IMG/VR virus record: IMGVR_UViG_3300048930_000528
Location: 8,050-72,049 of that record
Direction: 5' to 3' (one strand)
DNA: 64,000 nt
Source of the DNA: a virus
In this document: positions 28,068-36,924 of the stretch, one piece after another
Numbering within the stretch: position 1 is the first letter of the stretch
How the letters are laid out: every line of letters starts with the position of its first letter
The notes under the pieces: generated by a model
The model's database searches: none
The model's input: only the letters and a program-made list of their open reading frames with translations
Told to the model about the DNA's origin: nothing
Program-made: the position numbers and the translations under genes

Positions 28068-28490
28068 TCAATTCAAAACAGGGGTGACTTCCTGCGCAGC
28101 GACCAACTCGGCGTACTTCGCGTGCGCCTTCTCCAGCTGGGCCGGCGTGTAGTACCAGCCGGCAGTGCCAAACTGGCTGGCACCTGGATACTTCTCGCGC
28201 CATGGAGCATCTTCGCCATTCGGGTATTTCGATGGCGCGGCAACGCTCAGAATCATCACCTCAACCCCGGCCTTCTCTGTCTGGCCAAGTGCCACCATAA
28301 CTACTCGCCCTTCGCGCTTAATCTGACGGCAGCGCATGCCATCGCGGGTAAATTCGGCAGGAACTGGTCTCGGGCTCTCTTTGGTGTAGGCGTGCTCAAG
28401 AACCACTGGGCTGATTTCTGGCGTTTGATTGCTCATAGGTATGTCGGTATACCCTTTTTGATTTACGGCCAAAGGTTGGCCGTCAACCAC
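28068..28490 (-). CDS. Hypothetical protein (start uncertain)
   Basis: 140 aa ORF in the - block; EKYPGASQFGTAGWYY. Confidence 0.5.
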   Translation of the reverse strand: MVDGQPLAVNQKGYTDIPMSNQTPEISPVVLEHAYTKESPRPVPAEFTRDGMRCRQIKREGRVVMVALGQTEKAGVEVMILSVAAPSKYPNGEDAPWREKYPGASQFGTAGWYYTPAQLEKAHAKYAELVAAQEVTPVLN

Positions 28491-28505
28491 AAATCGAGGT
28501 GACCA

Positions 28506-28916
28506 TCAAATCACGGGGCCTCCGTATTCGCGTTTTAAGGCCTGCCGGGCGGCCAGCCTATACCCACGTACCAACCCACGCCAGATCTCGCGAAATCGGG
28601 CAGGTTCCCGGCGGCTGGCGGGCCATCCAATTCCGCGCATCCAACCCCAACACCCACCCGGGTACGGTTCGGCCGTCAGCGCCGTAAAGGGCGTGTAGCA
28701 CCCGCAGCCCAGAACCGCAGTGCCAATTCTCGCCTGGCACCGCCACATCTCCCGATCGTGCACCGGACACCGCAGGCACACCCGCATCCGCCTCCGCCAC
28801 GTCCGACGATCCACCCCCCCACTCGCCATCGCCCTCACCATCCCCCACCACGACACCTCCCGCCCTGCCTCTGCCACCACCGCCTGCCACTCCGCCATTC
28901 GCTTCGGCATGTTCAT
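28506..28916 (-). CDS. Cys-rich hypothetical protein
   Basis: RMRVCLRCP...C...GCGCY...C; first gene of the - block. Confidence 0.5.
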   Translation of the reverse strand: MNMPKRMAEWQAVVAEAGREVSWWGMVRAMASGGVDRRTWRRRMRVCLRCPVHDREMWRCQARIGTAVLGCGCYTPFTALTAEPYPGGCWGWMRGIGWPASRREPARFREIWRGLVRGYRLAARQALKREYGGPVI

Positions 28917-28940
28917 GTCGGTCAGGCTATCATCACCGTC

Positions 28941-29125
28941 AAGTCACTGCCATAAGTCACTGCCACGTCTCGCGGAGCGCACCGCCCGGAAAGACGGCAC
29001 TGCCAAAATCCCTATATATAAAAATACGTAGTATTTTTATAGGGAGTTTTGGCAGTACTGTCTTTCGGGTGCGCGGGTTGCACTTTTGGCAGTACCTTTT
29101 GGCAGTTTTGGCAGTATTGGCAGTA
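28941..29125. repeat. Iteron-like (TT)TTGGCAGT repeats and long inverted repeat; candidate replication origin
   Basis: AAGTCACTGCCA x2 (28941, 28954), CACTGCCAAAA (28998), TTTTGGCAGT at 29047, 29084, 29097, 29106, TTGGCAGTA at 29117; ~45-50 bp imperfect arms 28977-29074 around an AT-rich centre. Confidence 0.7.
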
Positions 29126-29396
29126 ACCACCCAAAACCTCACCAAAACCAAACCCCAAAACCCCGCGTACGGGAAACGCCAAAAAGTTTAGAGGGGGGAG
29201 ATATATAGATACGGGGGGCCTGGCTTGGAATTTTGAAAGGGGGGAGGGGCCTTTGCCTTGCAATAGCGATGTTACATAAGGGGCATTAACTACCGAAAAC
29301 CAGTAACTTGCTAAGGTGTCGGCGGTTGCGGAAACTGCCGATGCGAAGAGAGCGCCGAAAGCGCCGGTCGCCCTAGTCCGAGAGCCGATCGGGCAG

Positions 29397-29419
29397 GTTA
29401 GATTTTTGAAAAATCTAAC
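29397..29419. promoter_or_regulatory. Perfect palindrome (operator-like)
   Basis: GTTAGATTTTT-G-AAAAATCTAAC. Confidence 0.6.
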
Positions 29420-29486
29420 AGTTAGAAGTTAGTTAACCAAAGATCGGCGATGCTTAACAACTCTGAACAAGAGTTCGCAAGCCCTA

Positions 29487-29830
29487 GATCTTTAACAATT
29501 TACGTCATGGTTGGTCGGCGGGTTTACACCCTGCTTCCCAAATCCCAGTAGTGACACGAGCGAAAGCTGGCCAAGCGAATGAGGCGGAGTGTGCGTCTGG
29601 GTAACATGGGTGCCCGGGCTTAAGTGTACTGCGCACAGCACGTTGCGAGAAAAGCGCAGGGGTTGACCCTGTGGCGACGGAAGCCTCTGGACACGAGCGA
29701 ACAGTGAGTCGGCATTACGGTGCCGGAACAGCGCCCCTCCGATGCTTGGAAAATGGGTCCTAATGCGGCCACGTGCCTACAGTTGTGTGCGTGCCGGTTC
29801 CAAGCCCGGAAGACGACGCAGAGGAGACCC
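29487..29830 (+). ncRNA. Candidate structured RNA / early leader starting with a boxA-like element
   Basis: GATCTTTAACAA at 29487; several hairpins with GAAA and UACG loops; GACACGAGCGAA twice (29553, 29690); no convincing ORF. Confidence 0.35.
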
Positions 29831-29837
29831 AAAGACC

Positions 29838-30230
29838 ATGAGTGAGAAGATGTTGGTTGCATACGAAGTCAGCATTGCTGACCGGATTAAGGCTGCGCAG
29901 GCGCAGCTCAAGGCGCTCAAGGACGAGCGTTACGGCACTCTGCCGCGCATCAGTGCGGAGGAGTTGTCTGTCGTGGTGGCGAACGAGAAGCTGGTGTCCA
30001 CGACGCACGAGGTGGCGAAGCTGGCCGCGGAGTTGCGGTCGGAGCGCCGGTTCACGGAGGAGGACAAGGATCAGGTGGCGGCGGCGAAGATCGCGCACCG
30101 GATCGAGGTGAACACGGAGGCGGTGAAGGCTGAGGCCGTGCGCAGCGTGCGTGATGCGCGTCTGACGGGCTTCAAGCTGACCCTCCGGAAGGACGGTCGG
30201 ACCGCCGTGCGTGTGTCGGGAGTGATCTGA
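29838..30230 (+). CDS. Hypothetical early protein
   Basis: GAGGAG upstream; followed by a terminator. Confidence 0.65.
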   Translation: MSEKMLVAYEVSIADRIKAAQAQLKALKDERYGTLPRISAEELSVVVANEKLVSTTHEVAKLAAELRSERRFTEEDKDQVAAAKIAHRIEVNTEAVKAEAVRSVRDARLTGFKLTLRKDGRTAVRVSGVI

Positions 30231-30244
30231 TTCGTCGGCAAATC

Positions 30245-30282
30245 GGCCCCAAGCTGCAACGGTGTGGCGTGGGGCCTTTTTT
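30245..30282 (+). terminator. Rho-independent terminator
   Basis: GGCCCCA...TGGGGCC stem followed by TTTTTT. Confidence 0.75.
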
Positions 30283-30286
30283 GCTT

Positions 30287-30625
30287 ATGAAACTCGTGAA
30301 GATGGGGCAGCGCGTGCGTTCCGCGAAGCGCGGGGCGCATGGACCTACACCGGCCCGGAAGAATCGGCTGTGGGACAGTGCGGCGGCCCGGAAGGGGCGC
30401 CTGGTGGTGACAATCCCCGCGATGGGGGTGACGGTGAGCACGGACGCTGGCGAAAGCCAGGAGGCGCTTGGCCACTACGCGGACATTCGGCAGATTCAGG
30501 CCGAGGAGCGTGCGCGGGAGTTCGGGATCGACCTTGGCACGTCCCGCGGCCGGCGGTGGCTGGCGCGGTACCGTGCGGGAGTGCACGAGAAATGGGTGAA
30601 GGCAATGACGCCGGAGGTGCGTTGA
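30287..30625 (+). CDS. Hypothetical protein
   Basis: ORF in + early operon. Confidence 0.5.
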   Translation: MKLVKMGQRVRSAKRGAHGPTPARKNRLWDSAAARKGRLVVTIPAMGVTVSTDAGESQEALGHYADIRQIQAEERAREFGIDLGTSRGRRWLARYRAGVHEKWVKAMTPEVR

Positions 30626-30637
30626 GGAATTTTCCCT

Positions 30638-30829
30638 ATGAAGAAAATGAAGCTTGCGCTGGCGATCATCAGCGCGATTGACGAGATCTTGGTGGAGCCC
30701 TTGAGGGATTCCGCCGCGGCGGCCGAGTTGGTGTGCCTGAAGGTGGAGGTGATGACCCGGTGGCCTGGGGCTGCGGAGTCTGCGCTGGAACTGATGCTGG
30801 AGCACGTGTGCTCGCTGGAGGTGGCGTGA
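30638..30829 (+). CDS. Hypothetical protein
   Basis: GAGGA RBS. Confidence 0.45.
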   Translation: MKKMKLALAIISAIDEILVEPLRDSAAAAELVCLKVEVMTRWPGAAESALELMLEHVCSLEVA

Positions 30830-30950
30830 TGAAAGCGGACGACGAGATCGAGGTTCCGCCCATGGGGGCGGCGTCGCTGATCATCACGGCCGGCTTTGCC
30901 CTTGGGGGTGTGCTGGCCCTTGTGGTGTGCGCTGTGGTGGGGGTGGTGTC

Positions 30951-31301
30951 ATGAGTGCCGCGCACACGCCCGGCCCGTGGCGAGTGATGCCATGCCCGCA
31001 GCACGCTGAGAAGCACCCGTTCCACGATCATCGCTGGATCGCTACGCAAGACGCGGAGGTTGAGTTTGGTCACGATCCGAGATCATGGGGCCTGAGCAGT
31101 GGCTCGCTGATTTGCGAGATGCGTGACGGGCCGCCGGCCAACGCGCACCTCATCGCGAGTGCGCCTGCGCTGCTGGCTATTCTTGAGGAGCAGACGCGGC
31201 TGATCGAGGAGTACCTGAGTGGAGCGCTGGTGGTGTATCCGTCCGCGATCCGTGGGCAGGCTGTGGCAGTGATCAAGCAGGCGAGAGGAGAACAATCATG
31301 A
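30951..31301 (+). CDS. Phage hypothetical protein (HTPGPW...ANAHLIASAP family)
   Basis: Characteristic HTPGPW and NA.LIA.AP.LL motifs. Confidence 0.7.
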   Translation: MSAAHTPGPWRVMPCPQHAEKHPFHDHRWIATQDAEVEFGHDPRSWGLSSGSLICEMRDGPPANAHLIASAPALLAILEEQTRLIEEYLSGALVVYPSAIRGQAVAVIKQARGEQS

Positions 31302-31612
31302 GTGCCTTCGACGATTTGCATGCGGCGCACCTGAAAGAGGTGGCGGGTCTACACAAGGACATCAGCCGCTTGCAGGGCGAGCGGGACACGCTGCTGGCCC
31401 AGCTGCGTGAAGCGGCCCGGACGCTGCGGCTGTGCTCAGTGTCGCTTGATGCGTATGGTGCGCATGCGGAGTCCGGGCTTGCCGTTGCGGAGTACGCCGA
31501 TGCGGCGCGAGTGATTGGTGCCGTGACGGGCGAGGTCTGTGCGACGCCGAGCGCCAAAGAGAAGGCCGAGGCCGATCTGCGTGCGGCGTACCGTGCGCTG
31601 GACGAGAAGTGA
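31298..31612 (+). CDS. Hypothetical coiled-coil protein
   Basis: GAGGAG RBS, ATGA coupling. Confidence 0.55.
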   Translation: MSAFDDLHAAHLKEVAGLHKDISRLQGERDTLLAQLREAARTLRLCSVSLDAYGAHAESGLAVAEYADAARVIGAVTGEVCATPSAKEKAEADLRAAYRALDEK

Positions 31613-31655
31613 CCGGCGAATTTCCAACGTCAGAGAACCAAACCAAGGAGTGACC

Positions 31656-31874
31656 ATGAGCTATCGCAATTCAGGCAGGGGCCGCGATCCGTACTGGACG
31701 ACGGCAAAGTTCCCGGGTGTGTGTGCGAAGACGGGCGAGCCCATCAAGGTGGGGGAGCGGATCTTTTACTATCCGCGGACCCGGAAGGTGTTCGCTGGCG
31801 AGGCGGCGGAGGCAGCGGCTCGCGACTTCGAGGCGTGCCGCTTTGACGAGGCCCAGGCCGGGGGAGGGTGGTGA
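31656..31874 (+). CDS. Hypothetical protein
   Basis: AAGGAG RBS; DPYWTTAKF.G.C..TG..IK.GE motif. Confidence 0.6.
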   Translation: MSYRNSGRGRDPYWTTAKFPGVCAKTGEPIKVGERIFYYPRTRKVFAGEAAEAAARDFEACRFDEAQAGGGW

Positions 31875-31875
31875 T

Positions 31876-32283
31876 ATGAGCGTCACTCCCTACTTCTTTC
31901 ACTGCGAAGGTGTGTCCGCCATCGCAGCGATCCCCCGCAGCCTCACATGGCAGCAGTGGGCGTCGATTGAAAATGGCTTCCTGCACCTAGCCGTGCGCCG
32001 CGTGAAAGCGCGCAAGTGGGCCTACGTTTACAAGTTCCCGCTGTACCCAAGCCAGCAGCATGCCGGAGTATTCTGGCACGAAGAACTGGCTGGCCCAGGC
32101 GGCATGGGGTTCGTGCTCCTGCCTGGCGAAGCAAGCACTGCGGACGACATCGAGGCTTGCCAGCGAAAGCTGATGCGGGACCGCGATGTCGTCAGGCTTA
32201 CAGTGGTGCACACCAAGAAGTGGCGAGGTGCAGCCTTGGCAAAGTTGATTTCATCGGCGAGCGCGGCGGGACCGCGTGGATGA
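31876..32283 (+). CDS. Hypothetical protein
   Basis: ORF in + early operon. Confidence 0.5.
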   Translation: MSVTPYFFHCEGVSAIAAIPRSLTWQQWASIENGFLHLAVRRVKARKWAYVYKFPLYPSQQHAGVFWHEELAGPGGMGFVLLPGEASTADDIEACQRKLMRDRDVVRLTVVHTKKWRGAALAKLISSASAAGPRG

Positions 32284-32319
32284 TAGCCCATCAGGGTTCG
32301 AGCCCCTGGCCGCCGGCAA
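32254..32319 (+). other. Degenerate tRNA-like structure
   Basis: T-arm CAGGG-TTCGAGC-CCCTG, acceptor-like TCGGCG/CGCCGG, D-like CGCGG/CCGCG; anticodon arm poor. Confidence 0.3.
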
Positions 32320-32877
32320 TTCCCCATCAATCCCAACCAATCCAAAATTAGGATACCAATACCCATGATCTCAGCACTGATCTTCGTGGCCGGCTTCGCA
32401 GCCGGCGTGGTGTTCACGGTGGCGGCGGCGCTGTGCTTTTTGCACTACGCGTCGGACCTGCCCGACAACAATGAAGTGGACCGCGTGACGGCGGCGAGCG
32501 CGGAGTGGGAGGCCACCCGCAAGTAGAACCGGCACCCACAAGGTCCGGGGCTTTTTCATGCCATGAGAACGTGCAGCCAGTGGCCGACGATGAGCTGGCG
32601 CCAGAAGGCGCAGTACTTGGTGAACACGAGGCAGGCGCGCGACTGGTCGGAGGCCTGCCGGATGCTGGGTGCGTGCAGTCATCGCCGGCCGGTGAAGTCA
32701 CCTCAAAATGGAGGTTGCATCGCCGTCCGGCTTCCGTACAAAGACGACTGATTTGCCAATGCAAAATGTAACAATGGGCCACAAGTTGGCGCTGATGCTG
32801 GCGATCCAGCGGGCGCGAGAGAGCGGGTACCAGCACCTTGCGGCGGCGCTGTGCGAGCTGCTGCGGAGGGAGGCAGC

Positions 32878-33606
32878 ATGACCGAGCGCCCCATACTATT
32901 CTCCGCCCCGATGGTGCTGGCCCTGCTGGCCGACACGAAGATGCAAACCCGGCGGATTGTGAAGCCCCAGAGGCACCCCTATGGGGAGATGCTGACGTCG
33001 GACCAAGTTGCAGCCGAGTTCCTCGGTGAGACGTGCGCAATTCGCTGCCCCTACGGCGTGCCCGGCGACCGCCTCTGGGTCAAAGAGACCTGGTCCGCTG
33101 CCCGAGGCTGGGACCACGAGAAGCCGGTGCGCATCCCCGTAGGCGCGGCGATCCGGTACGTGGCGGACGGTGCGATGGCCGGCGACCTTGGCGACGAGAA
33201 GCTTGGCGCTGTGCAGTTTGGCCGCAATCGCCCGTCGATCTTCATGCGCCGGTGGATGAGCCGCATCACGCTTGAGATCACCGACGTTCGGGTCGAGCGG
33301 TTGCAGGACATCAGCGAGGCGGACGCCTTGGCCGAGGGCGTGAAGCCCTTGGATTCCTACGCCCACTACAACATCTCTTCCGACGACGGCACGTGCGTGG
33401 CCGTCTCCGAGGACTACATCCACGGCATACCCAAGGTCGGCGACACGTGGCACGGACGCAAGGTGGCGCACGTTCAGCACGTGCCGCAGCGAATGCTGCT
33501 CAGTGCCCGCGAGCAATACCGTGCGCTGTGGAACAGCATCAACGGGGCCGGATCGTGGAACGAGAATCCCTGGGTTTGGGCGATCACCTTCCGCAAACTG
33601 TCATGA
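32878..33606 (+). CDS. ASCH-domain-like phage protein
   Basis: ERPILFSAPMV, CPYG.PGDRLWVKET, PSIFM.RW.SRITLEITDVRVERLQDISE, SW..NPWVW. Confidence 0.75.
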   Translation: MTERPILFSAPMVLALLADTKMQTRRIVKPQRHPYGEMLTSDQVAAEFLGETCAIRCPYGVPGDRLWVKETWSAARGWDHEKPVRIPVGAAIRYVADGAMAGDLGDEKLGAVQFGRNRPSIFMRRWMSRITLEITDVRVERLQDISEADALAEGVKPLDSYAHYNISSDDGTCVAVSEDYIHGIPKVGDTWHGRKVAHVQHVPQRMLLSAREQYRALWNSINGAGSWNENPWVWAITFRKLS

Positions 33607-34526
33607 GCATCCGCACCAACAGCTACTTCAGCGGCGCCGGCCTGATGGACCTCGGCCTGCAACGTGGCGGGCTGCATGTCCAGGAGAGCTACGAGATCGA
33701 TGAGACCTGCTGCGAAACGTTGCGTCAGAACTTCGACCACAAGGTGGTGCAGATGGACGTATCCAAGAAGCTGGTCTTCGATGAATCCGAATGCGACGCC
33801 ATGGTGGCAACGTTCCCGTGCACCAAGTACTCGACCGCGGCCGACATCAACGGCGCGAGGACGGGTGACGAACTCTTCCTGCACTTCTTCCGGCATGTGG
33901 CTATCCGCCGGCCGGAAGTGTACGCCGTGGAGAACGTGCCCGGCATGCGAAAGTTTCCCGTGGTGATGGAGGCGCTGACCAGGCTGCCCGACTACTACGT
34001 CAACGTCTTCTGTCCGGTTAGCAGCACCAACTGGCTGCCGCAGAAGCGTGACCGACTGATCATCATCGGATCACGCAAGCGGTTCGGCTGGCGACCGCCC
34101 GAGGCGGGGCGCGTGCTGACGCTGGCTGAGATAATCGAAGAGAATCCGCAGGTCGAGATACCGGACTACGTGTACGCCAGGATCAACGGCAAGTACCGGG
34201 ACCAGCCGATCGTGAGCGACCCTGCCAAGGGTGACGTGGCGCCGACGTGTGTTGCACACTACGCCAAGGATCTCGGGACACGCCTCGTGGTGGATCGCCG
34301 GTATCCGCATGGCGTGCGTCCGTATTCGGTGAGGGAGTACGCCCGGCTGCAAGGCCTGCCAGACACGTTCACTTTCGCTGGCACGAGTCGAGACGCTTAC
34401 CGCATGATCGGCAACGGCGTATCCGTGCCCGTGGGTGAGTGGCTGGGCCGTGAGATTGTCCGCTACTTTGGGCGAGGCGCGAGGCCTCAGCCGCTCAGGC
34501 CGTTCCAGTTGGATCTTCTGTCATGA
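33603..34526 (+). CDS. DNA (cytosine-5) methyltransferase
   Basis: FSGAG, FPC, ENV, QKRDR, EYARLQG, IGNGV motifs. Confidence 0.92.
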   Translation: MSIRTNSYFSGAGLMDLGLQRGGLHVQESYEIDETCCETLRQNFDHKVVQMDVSKKLVFDESECDAMVATFPCTKYSTAADINGARTGDELFLHFFRHVAIRRPEVYAVENVPGMRKFPVVMEALTRLPDYYVNVFCPVSSTNWLPQKRDRLIIIGSRKRFGWRPPEAGRVLTLAEIIEENPQVEIPDYVYARINGKYRDQPIVSDPAKGDVAPTCVAHYAKDLGTRLVVDRRYPHGVRPYSVREYARLQGLPDTFTFAGTSRDAYRMIGNGVSVPVGEWLGREIVRYFGRGARPQPLRPFQLDLLS

Positions 34527-34823
34527 CCTTCCTCAAAATCAACATCCTGCCCGAGATGAACTGCGGCGAGCGCGTCTTCCGCTGGGAGGTGCACGGCCAT
34601 CGCCGGGGCAACGTCCTGGGCGGCGGCTACTGCGCCAAGGTGGAAGACGCGTGTGCGGACGCCATCGCGTGGGTGAAAAACCAGCCGTGGCACGTGCTGC
34701 TGGACCAGAACAAGAACCAATGAAAACCATCCTGCTTCGCGCCGTGCTGCACGGCCTGTTCTACATCGGCTTCGGCCTGTTCGCCACGCTCGTCTTCGGC
34801 GGGTGGTGGCTGGGGTTTTGACC

Positions 34824-35072
34824 ATGAAATACATCATCGAATACGTCCGGCCCTCTTGCATGGAGGGCTACGAGAACTACGACCAAGCCCCATGTGTATT
34901 CTTCCGGCACTACGAAGCCGTGGACGAGGAGGACGCAGTGTCTAAGGCCAAAGCCTTTGCCGAGAAGGATGGCGACGTGGTCATCTCGCATGTCAGCACC
35001 TACAATTCCTACAAGCAATTCCTCAGCACCGTCCTCGACGACCCGGACTGCGCGCTGGATCAGGTCAAGTAA
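34824..35072 (+). CDS. Hypothetical acidic protein, paralog of next gene
   Basis: MKYIIEYV...RHYEA..E.DA. Confidence 0.55.
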   Translation: MKYIIEYVRPSCMEGYENYDQAPCVFFRHYEAVDEEDAVSKAKAFAEKDGDVVISHVSTYNSYKQFLSTVLDDPDCALDQVK

Positions 35073-35083
35073 CCAAAGCCGCC

Positions 35084-35350
35084 ATGAAATACTTAATCGA
35101 ATACGTCTACATCGAAGACGTCATCAAGCACGGCGACTGCTCTGTGCATGTCCGCCACCACGAGGCCGAGTCAGAAGTCGATGCACGTGAGCGCGCCATC
35201 CAAGTGCTCGGCGACGACGTGTGCATCTGCTCCGTCACTACCGAGGAGCAGTACCGGCGGTTTACCGAAGAGTCACTGTCCAACCCAATGAACTCACTCG
35301 ATGCGCTCGCTGCCGAACGCGGCATTGACGAGGGGGAGGACGACCAATGA
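35084..35350 (+). CDS. Hypothetical acidic protein, paralog of previous gene
   Basis: MKYLIEYV...RHHEA..E.DA. Confidence 0.55.
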   Translation: MKYLIEYVYIEDVIKHGDCSVHVRHHEAESEVDARERAIQVLGDDVCICSVTTEEQYRRFTEESLSNPMNSLDALAAERGIDEGEDDQ

Positions 35351-35955
35351 AACCCACCACCCTCATCGGCCCAGCCGGCAAGCTCCAGCGCACGCTGTCC
35401 CTTGGCGCCGGCCCCATCAAGCTGCTCTTCCACGGCCCGCCCGGCGTCGGCAAGAGCGAGCTGGCCAAGTCTCTCGCCGGCCGGCTCGTCGCCTCCGCCC
35501 TCGAGATCGACCGCATCAACGGATGCGACCTCGGCGTTGATCGCATCCGCGAACTGGCCGGCACGCTGCGCCACCGCTCCATGTTCTCGGAGTGGAACGT
35601 CGTCATAATCGAGGAGATCGACAAGGTTCCCGCCGTTGCTCAGGCCCTCATCCTTACCATGCTGGACGAGGTGATGCCGCACGTTGCGGTGATCGCCACG
35701 ACCAACGAGGGGCAGGGCAAGATCCCGCCCCGCCTGTGGTCCCGCTTCGAGCGGTACGAGGTGGGCGCGCCGACGGAGAAGGAGATTCGCCAGCTCGTCA
35801 TGGATACCGGCGTGCCGGATGCGCAGGTTGACATGATCGTGGCGTCAGCCTCCGGCAACGTCAGGGCGGCCGTGCTCGATGCGCAGTCGTGGTTCCGCGT
35901 GAACAAGCCGGACCCTGCGGCGGCGACGCAGCAGCTCGCCATGCTCTTTGCCTGA
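35347..35955 (+). CDS. AAA+ ATPase (clamp-loader/RarA-like, short)
   Basis: GPPGVGKS, IIEEID, ATTN, SRF, GNVRAA. Confidence 0.8.
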   Translation: MKPTTLIGPAGKLQRTLSLGAGPIKLLFHGPPGVGKSELAKSLAGRLVASALEIDRINGCDLGVDRIRELAGTLRHRSMFSEWNVVIIEEIDKVPAVAQALILTMLDEVMPHVAVIATTNEGQGKIPPRLWSRFERYEVGAPTEKEIRQLVMDTGVPDAQVDMIVASASGNVRAAVLDAQSWFRVNKPDPAAATQQLAMLFA

Positions 35956-35968
35956 ACCCATCAATCCT

Positions 35969-36622
35969 ATGGAAACTAAACGATACGAATCCATGCCCGG
36001 AAATCACATCTCGACCGCCTGCAAAGAGGCCGTGGAGATGGCTCGTCGCGACTCCTGCAATGTGGAGTTCGACTTCAACGAGATCACACTCACCGCCAAG
36101 CCCGACACCGATCCCGCCGCGCTCGCGCAATCCTACTCCGACGAGTGCGAGCGCCGCCACCGCGCCTACACCGCATCGCCTGAATACAAGGCGCGGCAGG
36201 AGGAAGCCGAGCGGAAGGAGCGCGAACGCAAGGCCAAGGTGGATGCCGTGCTCGCCGACGCCCCCGCAAACATGACGCTGCGCGATCCCGAAGGATGGAA
36301 GAAGGCGTGCGACGCAAACCAAGACCCATACGGCGGCGCGGTGATGACCTACGCCGAACGCTGGGCGCGAATGATGGAAGCTCGCATGGCGAAGGGCGAA
36401 CGCATCGCGGACATCGCGGAGGAGTGCTCACACCTCGCCAATGAAGAGGGCATCACCGGCTTCATGTATGGCGCCGCCGTCATGACCCTGTCCTCAGTCT
36501 GGATCCACGGTGAGGCGCTGCGCTTGTGGCACAACCTCAAGTACCAACTCCGCGACGAAGGTAAGCGCGCCAACGACAACGGCGGCGTGCTCAATCCGGC
36601 TGTCCTGCGGATGGGTGAATAG
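35969..36622 (+). CDS. Conserved phage hypothetical protein
   Basis: DPYG...YAERWA..ME, EGITGFMYGAAV..L...W.HGE.LR.WHN. Confidence 0.65.
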   Translation: METKRYESMPGNHISTACKEAVEMARRDSCNVEFDFNEITLTAKPDTDPAALAQSYSDECERRHRAYTASPEYKARQEEAERKERERKAKVDAVLADAPANMTLRDPEGWKKACDANQDPYGGAVMTYAERWARMMEARMAKGERIADIAEECSHLANEEGITGFMYGAAVMTLSSVWIHGEALRLWHNLKYQLRDEGKRANDNGGVLNPAVLRMGE

Positions 36623-36631
36623 GCACCGGCC

Positions 36632-36841
36632 ATGCACCCAACCCTCGCCGACTACACCCGAGTGCGGGCGCACCTGCGCCGCCTCGTCGAAGCCAGCCAG
36701 TCGGTCAACGCCGTCGTCTCGCTGGACAAGAACGCCAACCCCGCCGTCATGGATGAGTTCGTTGAATCCATCGACGGCGGCGCTGACATCCTCAAGGACA
36801 CACCCGAGCCGCCGCCCGGCCCCGTGCCAGCCAGCTCATGA
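36632..36841 (+). CDS. Hypothetical protein
   Basis: ORF in + operon. Confidence 0.45.
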   Translation: MHPTLADYTRVRAHLRRLVEASQSVNAVVSLDKNANPAVMDEFVESIDGGADILKDTPEPPPGPVPASS

Positions 36842-36924
36842 AGCGCATGCGCCGTTGGGCGAGCCGAGCGCAACGAGGTATTACCCGCGGCGTTCGCCGC
36901 AACGTTTGGAAGGAACCACTGCCT

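Noticed and set aside
28977-29074. Protelomerase telRL site of a linear plasmid-prophage
   Set aside because: Arms are imperfect with indels, and neither recombinase has protelomerase size or recognisable motifs.
31615-31650. TTCCAAC-GTCAGAGAACC as an additional attC-like site
   Set aside because: No complementary arm or matching GTTGGAA cassette end was found nearby.
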